Shown here piece after piece: positions 28,460 through 37,008 of a stretch of 64,000 bases of DNA (the stretch's first letter is position 1; the number at the start of each line of letters is the position of its first letter). The translations under genes and the position numbers were made by a program. The notes under the pieces are model-generated. The model was given only the letters and a program-made list of their open reading frames with translations, did not search any database and was not told where the DNA came from. Source of the DNA: Chloroflexota bacterium (GTDB taxonomy: Bacteria; Chloroflexota; Limnocylindria; Limnocylindrales; CSP1-4); the NCBI GenBank assembly GCA_021813655.1, contig JAKAJU010000189.1, positions 2,229 to 66,228 on the forward strand. The letters are read 5' to 3'.

Positions 28460-29285
28460 GGTCTCCCGGGGGAGCGTGCGGCGCTTCAGGCGCGGCATCT
28501 GACGGCGCTGGTGAACGGGTCGCCGGAGCGCTCGACCGGCCCGGCCATCGCCACCCGAGAGATGAGGCCGACCGGCGCCGTGTGCGGCCGAACCACGCGA
28601 CGATCGGCACGAGCAGGAGCGGCACGGTGACGAGCGCGTGAGCCGGCCCGAGCGAGGAATTCCGTATCGCCACGACGTAGTCCGCCCAAAGCGCGCCGAA
28701 CGATGCGGAGGCGAGGATCAGCACCGCGAGCGCGATCCACCACCCGCGGGTCCGCACGCCCACCAGCGCGAACGGTGCGAGCGATGGCTTGAGGAGGACG
28801 AAGACGCTCGGCCATCCCCAGACGACGCCGGCCGCGAGCGCGGCCGCGATCCACATGTTCGTGTTCCCGTAGAGGAGCGGCGATATCGTAGGCGGGTACG
28901 CGATCCCGGCGGCCATCAGCGGCCATGTCCACGGAGCCGGTCGGAGTTGCCAGAGCGACCAGGTGAACACGCCGATCGGGACGGCCCACCAGAGCGGCCA
29001 GGGCAGGAAGAGGAAGGGGACGAACAGAAAGAGCGCGTTGGGCGGGTAGAGAACGTCGACGTTCGATTCGACGATGTAGGGCCCGGCCAGCTGGCGAGGC
29101 AGGTAGAACTCGCCGGTGTCCAACCACCGCTCGGCGATCGACCGGAAGTACGCGAGGTCCAACCCGAGCGCGTGCTGGCCGTCGACGTATCTCCAGAGCC
29201 AGACGGATTCGGCGATGCCGACGACGACGAACAGGCCCGTCGTGGTGAGGATCGCGACACGGGCGACGCGGGGGAGACCTGCCAC
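28449..29285 (-). CDS. Short GT87/DUF2029-like membrane protein
   Basis: The ...LAYFRSIAERWLDTGEFYLPR...VDVLYPPNALFLFVPFLFLPWP motif resembles the DUF2029 N-terminal region. The C-terminal 50 aa is low-complexity, so the true extent is uncertain. Confidence 0.45.
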   Translation of the reverse strand: MAGLPRVARVAILTTTGLFVVVGIAESVWLWRYVDGQHALGLDLAYFRSIAERWLDTGEFYLPRQLAGPYIVESNVDVLYPPNALFLFVPFLFLPWPLWWAVPIGVFTWSLWQLRPAPWTWPLMAAGIAYPPTISPLLYGNTNMWIAAALAAGVVWGWPSVFVLLKPSLAPFALVGVRTRGWWIALAVLILASASFGALWADYVVAIRNSSLGPAHALVTVPLLLVPIVAWFGRTRRRSASSLGWRWPGRSSAPATRSPAPSDAAPEAPHAPPGDPTA

Positions 29286-29420
29286 GACCGCAGTCTACGG
29301 ACCGCCCTGCGCGCGCGATGGCCGCACGAGCGCGCTGACCCCCGGGAGCGGTTCGTCCCGGCTGGCCGCGCCCGTCTGCTAGAGTCGGGCGCGATCCGTT
29401 CGCAGGAGGCGCGTGGTCGG

Positions 29421-30446
29421 TTGGTGAGAATCCTTGTCACCGGCGCCGCCGGATTCATCAACGGATATCTCGTTCCCGAGCTGCTCGGGGCGGGGCACGA
29501 GGTCATCGGCCTCGACGACTTCAGCAAGTACGGCCCCGCCCGTCGCAGCTACGACGACCACCCCGCGTACACCTTCGTCGAGGGGGACGCGAAGGACGTC
29601 GCGCTCCTGCGCGAGCTGATCCGCGGCTGCGACCAGGTCGTGGCGGCTGCCGCGATGATCGGCGGCATCAGCTACTTCCACCAGTTCGCGTACGACCTCA
29701 TCGCCGAGAACGAGCGGATCCTCGCCGCGACGTTCGATGCCGCGATCGACGCGCACCTCGACGGCAGCCTCCGGCGGATCGTCGTCCTGAGCTCGTCGAT
29801 GGTCTACGAGTCGGCGACCGTCTTCCCGACGCCGGAGGGGGCGCAGCTCTCGTCGCCGCCGCCGGTCTCGACGTACGGCTTCCAGAAGCTGGCCTCGGAG
29901 TACTTCGCGCGAGGAGCATGGGAGCAGTACCGGCTGCCGTACACGATCCTGCGGCCGTTCAACTGCGTCGGGATCGGCGAGCGGCGTGCCGTCCGCGACA
30001 GCACCGTCATGAGCGGGAACGTGAAGCTCGCGCTCTCGCACGTCGTCCCGGACCTCGCGCTCAAGGTCCTCCGCGGACAGGATCCGCTTCACATCCTCGG
30101 CGACGGGACGCAGGTCCGCTGCTATACGTACGGCGGCGACCTGGCCCGCGGGATCCGGCTCGCGATGGAGTCGGAGGCCGCCGTCAACGAGGACTTCAAC
30201 CTCTCGACGCCCGTGAGCACGACGGTGCTCGACCTCGCGCGCCTCATCTGGCGGACGATCCACGGGCCGGATCGCCGGTTCTCATGGGTCTCCGATCCGC
30301 CGTTCGACCACGACGTCCAGCACCGGGTCCCCGACGTGCGAAAGGCGCGCGAGATCCTCGGCTTCACGGCTGACACGACGCTGGCCGAGATGCTGGACGA
30401 GGTCGTCCCGTGGATCCGCGCCGAGGATGCAGCCGGGGCCATCTGA
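29421..30446 (+). CDS. NAD-dependent epimerase/dehydratase (extended SDR)
   Basis: N-terminal motif ILVTGAAGFINGYLVPELL and the catalytic YxxxK (STYGFQK). A TTG/GTG start lies downstream of an AGGAGG SD. Confidence 0.8.
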   Translation: MVRILVTGAAGFINGYLVPELLGAGHEVIGLDDFSKYGPARRSYDDHPAYTFVEGDAKDVALLRELIRGCDQVVAAAAMIGGISYFHQFAYDLIAENERILAATFDAAIDAHLDGSLRRIVVLSSSMVYESATVFPTPEGAQLSSPPPVSTYGFQKLASEYFARGAWEQYRLPYTILRPFNCVGIGERRAVRDSTVMSGNVKLALSHVVPDLALKVLRGQDPLHILGDGTQVRCYTYGGDLARGIRLAMESEAAVNEDFNLSTPVSTTVLDLARLIWRTIHGPDRRFSWVSDPPFDHDVQHRVPDVRKAREILGFTADTTLAEMLDEVVPWIRAEDAAGAI

Positions 30447-31102
30447 TGACCGACCTTGGCCGTGTCTACCGCGCGCGATTCGACGACGCCGACCATCGCG
30501 CGAAGATGGCGCTGTGGCGTGAGATCGTGCCGTCGATCGCACGGATCGTCCCGATCGACGGCCCGGTGCTCGACCTCGCCTGCGATCGCGGCTACTTCAT
30601 CGCGCACGTGCGCGCTCAGGACCTGTGGGCGTGCGACGTCCGCGACGTCGCCGCCGATCTCCCGGCGGGCGTGCGGTTCGTCCGCGCATCCGGGCTCGCG
30701 CTCGACGACGCCGTTCCCGCGGGCCACTTCGCGACCGTCTTCGCGAGCAACTACCTCGAGCACCTCGCCTCGTCGGACGAGGTGCTCGACCAGATGCGCG
30801 CGGTCGAGCGCGTCCTCCGGCCCGGCGGCCGGTTCGTCGTCCTCCAGCCGAACATCCGGCTCGTCGGGGGTGCCTACTGGGACTTCATCGACCATCACGT
30901 CCCCCTGACGGAGCGCAGTCTCCAGGAGGCGGGCTCCCTCGCCGGGCTGCCGACCGAGCGCACCATCGTCCGCTACCTGCCCTACTCGACGAAGGGACGC
31001 CTGCCCGCCGACCCGCGCCTCGTCCGCGCGTACCTGCGATTCCCACCCGCGTGGCGCATCCTCGGGCGGCAGACGCTCTGGGTGGGACGGAAGCCCGCGT
31101 GA
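30446..31102 (+). CDS. Class I SAM-dependent methyltransferase
   Basis: VLDLACDRGYF (motif I) ... LRPGGRFVV. The ATG overlaps the upstream stop (TGATG). Confidence 0.7.
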   Translation: MTDLGRVYRARFDDADHRAKMALWREIVPSIARIVPIDGPVLDLACDRGYFIAHVRAQDLWACDVRDVAADLPAGVRFVRASGLALDDAVPAGHFATVFASNYLEHLASSDEVLDQMRAVERVLRPGGRFVVLQPNIRLVGGAYWDFIDHHVPLTERSLQEAGSLAGLPTERTIVRYLPYSTKGRLPADPRLVRAYLRFPPAWRILGRQTLWVGRKPA

Positions 31103-31866
31103 CGGACGCGCGCGTGGCGACGGCCGGGCGGCCCGATCGGCCGGATCTCACGATCGTCATGCCGGTCTACGAGGAGGGCGCCGCCGTCGTGCCGGTGCTG
31201 CGCGCGCTGGAGGCCGCGCTCTCCACCCCGCACGAAACGCTCGTCGTGTACGACTTCGACGCGGACACCACCGTGCCTCCGGTCCGCGCACTCGCCGCGG
31301 AGCTTCCGGCGGTGCGGCTCGTGCGCAACGACCTGGGGCGCGGCGTGCTCAACGCGATGAAGGCCGGCTTCGCAGCGGCTCGCGGGACATGGATCCTCGT
31401 CACGATGGCTGACGGATCGGACGACCCCGCGGTCGTGGAGGCGATGGTCGCGCTCGCCCGGGATGGCGCGGACCTCGTCGCCGCCAGCCGGTACATGCAT
31501 GGCGGGCATCAGTACGGCGGCCCGCTCGTCAAGCGGACGCTCTCGCGCGCCGCCGGCCTCTCGCTCCACCGGCTCGCGGGTGTCCCCGTGCACGACGCGA
31601 CGAACAACTTCAAGCTCTACAGTCGTGAGTTCCTCGAGTCCACGACGATCGAGAGCACGGCCGGCTTCGAGCTCGCCACCGAGCTGACCGTGAAGGCAGC
31701 GCTCGCGCGACGCCCGATGGCGGAGGTCCCGGCGACCTGGCGCGACCGCACCGCCGGGCAGAGCCGGTTCCGCCTCGGCGCATGGCTCCCGCACTACCTG
31801 CGCTGGTATCGGGCCGCGTTCATCGGGAGGGCGCGGGCGGCCATTCGGATGCCCAGGTCGGGCTGA
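31099..31866 (+). CDS. GT2-family polyprenol-phosphate sugar synthase-like glycosyltransferase (second copy)
   Basis: LTIVMPVYEEGAAV...ETLVVYDFDADTT...ILVTMADGSDDP. A GTG start overlaps the methyltransferase stop (GTGA). Confidence 0.8.
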   Translation: MTDARVATAGRPDRPDLTIVMPVYEEGAAVVPVLRALEAALSTPHETLVVYDFDADTTVPPVRALAAELPAVRLVRNDLGRGVLNAMKAGFAAARGTWILVTMADGSDDPAVVEAMVALARDGADLVAASRYMHGGHQYGGPLVKRTLSRAAGLSLHRLAGVPVHDATNNFKLYSREFLESTTIESTAGFELATELTVKAALARRPMAEVPATWRDRTAGQSRFRLGAWLPHYLRWYRAAFIGRARAAIRMPRSG

Positions 31867-31882
31867 GTCGCCACCTGCGCGG

Positions 31883-33187
31883 TCAGGCCGAGGGTATGGC
31901 GGGCGTCGTCGTCGCCTCGTCGGACCGGTCAGGCGTCCCGCGGACGAGGATCGCGAGCACGTAGACGGCGACGCACGTGATCGCGAGCGAGCCGACGATC
32001 CCGACCGGACCTCCGAGCGGGACCAGCGAGCCGGGCCCGCCCCCGGGCGGAGCCGCGGCCAGGTAGTTCGCCGACGTCGCGACGACCAGCACGACCCACG
32101 CCACCAGGATCCGCCGGTCGGCGAGGAGGAGCGCGAGGAAGACGACGGCCGGATAGGCGTACCGCTCGTGCATCGCAGTGAGGAGGCAGTAGGCCACGAG
32201 GACGGATGCCGCGAGCGCGAGGTAGAGCGCGTTCCCGGTCGGCCTTCGCCGGAGCGCGACGAAGACGAGGGCGAGGCCGACGGCGGCCGCCGCGTATCCG
32301 AGGAGCCGCGGAGTGAGCGGCCCGACGATCGCGCCGGTGTCCGCGAGGAGCCCGTCGCCTGCTGTGGCGAGCGACTGGAGGATCCACCAGGGGTTCCAGG
32401 CGCGCAGCGAGAGGATCGCGAACGTCTCGCCCTGGTACGCAAACGCCGACCGCAGGTAGGCCACGGGGCCACCCGCAGCAAGGAAGGGGAGCCAGAGCAG
32501 GACGAGGGTCGCCGCGGTCGCGGCCACCGGCAGCGCGGCTCGGCGAACGCCGATGCGCGCGACGGCGTACGCGGCGAGGGGGACGACGAATGGAATCGCC
32601 TGAGGCTTCGTTCCCAGCGCGAGCCCGAGCATCACGCCGGCGAGGGCCCAGCGGCCCCGGAGCGCGAGGACCGCGGCGAGGAGGCCGAAGAGCGTGTAGA
32701 TCGACTCGGACTGCCCCCAGAAGGCGCTGAGGTACCACGTGACCGGCACGAAGGACAGCGCGAGCGCGGACGCGACGGCGATGCGCGGCCGGTCCTTCAG
32801 GGCGTACGCGATGACGAGCGCGATCGCGATGTCCGCGGTCGACGCGGGGATCTTGAGCCAGATCCGGACGGTCGGGTCGGCTGCGTCGGTCGCGGTCTGG
32901 AATGCCGCCTGCAGGTGTCCGATCGCCCAGAAGAGGTAGGCCATGACCGGCCCGAATGAGAGGCCGTGCTCGTAGATGCGATCGAGGGGAACGCCCATTG
33001 CCAGCAGATGCGTCCACAGGGCGAAGACGTCCAGATCGCCCGGCAGGCCCTCCGTCGGCAGGAGCAGGAGGCGGAGGATCGCTGCGCCGGCGAGCCCGAG
33101 GGCGAGCGTGGCGATGAGAGCGGGGGTCCAGGTGCCGCCTCCGGCGGGGGCGACCCCGGCCGTGGATCGCCCGGCCCCGACGCTCAT
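31883..33187 (-). CDS. GT-C membrane glycosyltransferase, GT22 (Alg9/PIG-B)-like
   Basis: Multi-TM protein with an HERYAYP motif near the C-terminus that resembles the H(K/Q)ExRF signature of GT22 mannosyltransferases. The ATG at 33187 lies 4 nt after the PIG-L stop. Confidence 0.55.
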   Translation of the reverse strand: MSVGAGRSTAGVAPAGGGTWTPALIATLALGLAGAAILRLLLLPTEGLPGDLDVFALWTHLLAMGVPLDRIYEHGLSFGPVMAYLFWAIGHLQAAFQTATDAADPTVRIWLKIPASTADIAIALVIAYALKDRPRIAVASALALSFVPVTWYLSAFWGQSESIYTLFGLLAAVLALRGRWALAGVMLGLALGTKPQAIPFVVPLAAYAVARIGVRRAALPVAATAATLVLLWLPFLAAGGPVAYLRSAFAYQGETFAILSLRAWNPWWILQSLATAGDGLLADTGAIVGPLTPRLLGYAAAAVGLALVFVALRRRPTGNALYLALAASVLVAYCLLTAMHERYAYPAVVFLALLLADRRILVAWVVLVVATSANYLAAAPPGGGPGSLVPLGGPVGIVGSLAITCVAVYVLAILVRGTPDRSDEATTTPAIPSA

Positions 33188-33191
33188 GGCG

Positions 33192-34271
33192 TCAGAGGAG
33201 GCTCGTCGCCCAGTACCGTTCCGCGCCGCCCGGCACCGCCCCCAGCCGGCCGATCCGCGCCGCGTGCGCGCGTACTGCATCGGCCATCGGGTCCACGCCG
33301 CCGAAGAGCCGGTCCATCTGGCTCTCGTAGAGCGCGATCCCCCGGATCTTCCGCTCTACGACCTCCGAGATCGCCGCGTACTCGGGCGTGAGCGCCACGT
33401 CCGACGCGATGCCGTCCAGCGCCCCAGCGGGCAGGTCTTCCAGACGTGTGAACTCACCCCAGTACGCGTACGGGAAGTCCTCATAGAAGGCCACGCTCCC
33501 GGCCCACCGAGGACCTGGCATCACCCAGTCCTCGCGCTCGGTCAGGAGCGCGACTCCAACCTGCCGCATGAGCTGGTGGTCGACATGGCCGCCGATCCCG
33601 AGCGGCAGGTACACCTTCTGGGGTTCGAGTCGTGCGATCTCTGTCCGGAGGATCTCGATCGGCGCGCGGTCGTCGGGCCGCGGGGCGCCCAGGAGCTGGT
33701 CGTCGCCCTCGTAGCCCCGGAAGACCGCGTCGGGGAGGTCGAGGAAGATGACGGAGGCCTCGGCGAACGCCGCGTACCGCTCGTCCTCGAGCCGGCGCTC
33801 GGCCATGACGTCGCCGGCGATCCCCGCGTCGACCAGCGCGTCGGTCAGCACCGCGCCCTGCTGGGCGACGTCGTCCGGAGCCGTCCCCGAAGCCTGCGAC
33901 CCGGCGTGGATGTCGGCGCGCCGATACCACGATGCGCGCTGCCAGAACCGACGTGCGCTCGCATCGGCCGCCGTCTGGGTGGCGGCGAGGCGATCGTCTG
34001 CGGCGAGCCACGGAGCGAGCGCGCCGTCGGTGGACGACGGGTAGTCGTTGCCCACGTTGGCGCGGTTGAACGCCTCGGTGTTGGGCCAGACCGCCTTGTT
34101 CCCGAAGCCGAGAGCCTCGCGCTGGTACCCGGTGAGCGTGCCCACTGCGCCCATCCCGGAGAAGACCGTGACGATCGCAACGTTCTGTCCGAGCTCCCGC
34201 AGACCGGCGATGAGCCCGCCGCAGGAGAGGGCGACGTCGTCGGGGTGGGGCGCGACGAAGACGTGGGTCAT
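33192..34271 (-). CDS. PIG-L/LmbE-family N-acetylglucosaminyl deacetylase
   Basis: N-terminal VFVAPHPDDVALSCGG (the HPDD zinc-binding motif of the PIG-L/MshB/LmbE family). Confidence 0.8.
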   Translation of the reverse strand: MTHVFVAPHPDDVALSCGGLIAGLRELGQNVAIVTVFSGMGAVGTLTGYQREALGFGNKAVWPNTEAFNRANVGNDYPSSTDGALAPWLAADDRLAATQTAADASARRFWQRASWYRRADIHAGSQASGTAPDDVAQQGAVLTDALVDAGIAGDVMAERRLEDERYAAFAEASVIFLDLPDAVFRGYEGDDQLLGAPRPDDRAPIEILRTEIARLEPQKVYLPLGIGGHVDHQLMRQVGVALLTEREDWVMPGPRWAGSVAFYEDFPYAYWGEFTRLEDLPAGALDGIASDVALTPEYAAISEVVERKIRGIALYESQMDRLFGGVDPMADAVRAHAARIGRLGAVPGGAERYWATSLL

Positions 34272-34344
34272 GGCCCGGCGAGTATACCGGCGCCTGCAGG
34301 CGTCGAGACCGGGGTCGCAGCGACCGCCCGGCGCGGCCCCGGAC

Positions 34345-34875
34345 TCAGGACGGCGAGGGCGTGGGCGCCGCGCTGGCGGAGACCGCCGGGGAGGCGGACG
34401 TCGCCGGGCTCGCGCTGGCGGACGTCGCCGGGCTCGGCGAGACGATCGGGACGAGCGTCGGCAGCGAGGCCGACGGAGCCGGCGTCACCGGTGCCGGGGT
34501 GACGACGGGCGCCGGGGTCGGCTTCGCGATCGGCGTGAAGAAGCCGCCGTGACCGAAGAGCAGCGCGTAGAGCGCGATGAGGACGAACGCCGCGACGGAG
34601 ATGCCCACGAAGAGCATCGAGATGCGATCGTCCACGTGGCGGCCGACCTCGGATGGCTTCGCGGGGGCGGCCGGCGCCTGGCCTCGGGCCGGAGGCTTCG
34701 CCGGTGCCCTGCCCGGCGCGGGCTCCGTCGGCGCGCCTTCCGCCGCACCGCCCCCACCGCCCGCGGCGGCAACGACGATCGTCGCGGCGGCCACGGCCTC
34801 TTCCCCCGCGAGGCCCTCCTCGTCGACGACCTCGTCGTCCTCTTCGATCGCGCCCTGCGTGTCGTTGTCCGTCAT
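34345..34875 (-). CDS. Hypothetical single-pass membrane protein: acidic N-terminus, Pro/Ala/Thr/Ser-rich C-terminus
   Basis: The sequence runs MTDNDTQGAIEEDDEVVDEEG... then the TM helix MLFVGISVAAFVLIALYALLF... then ...PTPAPVVTPAPVTPAPSASLP.... A 22-bp direct repeat lies in the DNA. Confidence 0.5.
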   Translation of the reverse strand: MTDNDTQGAIEEDDEVVDEEGLAGEEAVAAATIVVAAAGGGGGAAEGAPTEPAPGRAPAKPPARGQAPAAPAKPSEVGRHVDDRISMLFVGISVAAFVLIALYALLFGHGGFFTPIAKPTPAPVVTPAPVTPAPSASLPTLVPIVSPSPATSASASPATSASPAVSASAAPTPSPS

Positions 34876-35025
34876 CGCGTCGTCATGCTCCGTGTCGGCC
34901 GTGCCCGGTCGAGGGGCCCTCGTGTGCAGCGATATCGCGGGCCGCAGGCGCGCGGGGACGGCGCCGAAGCCTCACGGCAGGCGCCAGTGTACCCAACGCG
35001 CGTCACCGCGGCAGCCGCACAGGGC

Positions 35026-37005
35026 TCAGGCGGCTCGGACCGACCGCGTGAGCAGCCCGGCGAGACCGGTCGACAGCGTGACGAGCCCCGAGATCGCGAG
35101 GACCGTCGAGATCCCGATCCCTGCGGCGAGCAGGCCCGCGACGGCCATCGCGGCGCTCATCGACGCGGTGACCAACGCGAACCGGAAGCTCACGACACGC
35201 CCCATGAGCTCCTGCGGCGTCCGCTCCTGGAAGAGCGTCTGGCTCGGGATCACGTAGACCATGTTCGCGACGCCACAGCCCGCCATGAGGCCGATCGCGA
35301 TGGGCACGTTCCCAGTGAGGCCGAGGGCCGCCGTGCATGCGCCGTACAGCACGAATCCCAGGATCACCATCCTCCCCCGCGCGAAGCGCATCCCCACGAG
35401 GCCGACGAGGAACCCTCCCACGAGGTTGCCGACGCCCACCGCCGTCTCCAGGAGCGCGTACGTCGTGGAGGCGTCGAGCTGGCCCAGCTCGAGGACCTGG
35501 GCTGCATAGACCGGGGTCAGGGCGATCGTCGTGCCCACGCTCACCTGGGCGATCGCCCCCTGGAGCGTGTTGGCGAGCAGGACCGACTCGCTCCTGAGGA
35601 ACCGCCATCCCTCGCGGAGGTCCTCGATGACCCCCCGAACGCCAACGCTCGCTCGCCCGGCCGCACGCACCACGGGCGGGATCGCCATCGTCGCGATCAG
35701 GATCGCGGACGCAACGAACGTGAGCGCGTCGAGCCAGAAGGCGAGGGCGAGCGCCGATCCCAGGAACGCGACGAAGAGACCCGCGATCGGGTACCCCACC
35801 ACGTCTGCGAGCGTCTCGCCGATCCACGTCGCCGAGTTGGCGGTCACGAGCTCGTCGTCCCCGACGATCCGCGGGATCACCGCCGTCCGAGCCGGTCGGA
35901 AGAAGATCGTGATGCTCGTGACGAGGAACACGAGCGGGTAGACGAGGAGGACGTTCACCGTCGCCGCCGCGGGGACGAGGAGGACCGCCGCCGCCCGGAG
36001 GAGGTCGCTCACGACCATCACCTCCCGATGGTCCCAGCGATCCACGAACGCCCCGGCGACGGGTCCGAGGAGGAGACTCGGGAGGAAGGCGGCGACGAAG
36101 ACCGCGCTCACCGCGATGGGGGACCCCGTGAGCCCGAGGACCAGGAAGACGATCGCGATCTGGTTGACCCGATCGCCGAAGAAGCTCACAAGCTGGCCGA
36201 CCCACAGCGCCGAGAAGTCCCCGTTGAGCGCGAGCCGGACGTACGGGTGACGGAGGACGCGCCTCCCGATCGAGGGCGCCGCCCGTTCCGCCGAGACCGA
36301 GGGTCCGCCGCCAAGGCCTCCGAGGAGCCGCGCGCGTGGGAGTGCCGCGGCCTCGCTCATCTCCGCGATCCCCGCGGCGACCGCACCGAGGCGCAGCGTG
36401 GCGCGCCCGCCGGCCGCGGCGGGCGGGGCGGCCGGCGTCGGCGCCTCGTCGAGCCACGCCGGATGGCCCACTACGGCGGCGAAGAGGAACGTGCCCAGGC
36501 CGGCGGCGATGAATACGTCCCCGATGGAGGCGACGTTGCGGACCACCGGGAGCGGGATCGGGATGACGTCGCTCAACGGCCCCAGGTGGAGCAGGAAGGA
36601 CGTGTCGAGCGTCCCCGGCAGCAGGACGTGGAGCGCCGGGCTCACGTCGCCGACCGTGAAGCCGGCCGCGAGGAGGCTCGGCTCCCAGACCGGCATCCGG
36701 CCCGCGTTCCACAGGATGACGATCCCGTTGCTCAGGACGCCCACGAGCGCAAGGAGGAAGCCCGGGTAGCGCCGATTGGCCGCGAGCCCCACGACCAGGA
36801 AGCCGTACGCCACGGTCAGGAGCGCGGTCCGCGCCGGCTCCGGGACCGGCCACCCTGCTCCGACGCCGAACTCGACGATCGCGCGCATGACGAGCGCGCC
36901 GAAGATCATCCAGACGTACGCGATCCGGACCGACGCCAGGCGCCAGATCGAGCCGCCGGCCGCAAGCCCCGCGACCAGGCCCAGGACGATCGCCCCGGCG
37001 AGCAC
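35026..37005 (-). CDS. Fusion protein: N-terminal polytopic membrane domain of unknown function + C-terminal MFS transporter
   Basis: The first roughly 190 aa form 5-6 TM helices (possibly DUF5317-like). From ...LRHPYVRLALNGDFSALWVGQLVSFFGDRVNQ onward the protein is a 12-TM MFS fold. It is a single ORF with no stop between the two parts. Confidence 0.65.
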   Translation of the reverse strand: MLAGAIVLGLVAGLAAGGSIWRLASVRIAYVWMIFGALVMRAIVEFGVGAGWPVPEPARTALLTVAYGFLVVGLAANRRYPGFLLALVGVLSNGIVILWNAGRMPVWEPSLLAAGFTVGDVSPALHVLLPGTLDTSFLLHLGPLSDVIPIPLPVVRNVASIGDVFIAAGLGTFLFAAVVGHPAWLDEAPTPAAPPAAAGGRATLRLGAVAAGIAEMSEAAALPRARLLGGLGGGPSVSAERAAPSIGRRVLRHPYVRLALNGDFSALWVGQLVSFFGDRVNQIAIVFLVLGLTGSPIAVSAVFVAAFLPSLLLGPVAGAFVDRWDHREVMVVSDLLRAAAVLLVPAAATVNVLLVYPLVFLVTSITIFFRPARTAVIPRIVGDDELVTANSATWIGETLADVVGYPIAGLFVAFLGSALALAFWLDALTFVASAILIATMAIPPVVRAAGRASVGVRGVIEDLREGWRFLRSESVLLANTLQGAIAQVSVGTTIALTPVYAAQVLELGQLDASTTYALLETAVGVGNLVGGFLVGLVGMRFARGRMVILGFVLYGACTAALGLTGNVPIAIGLMAGCGVANMVYVIPSQTLFQERTPQELMGRVVSFRFALVTASMSAAMAVAGLLAAGIGISTVLAISGLVTLSTGLAGLLTRSVRAA

Positions 37006-37008
37006 TCT

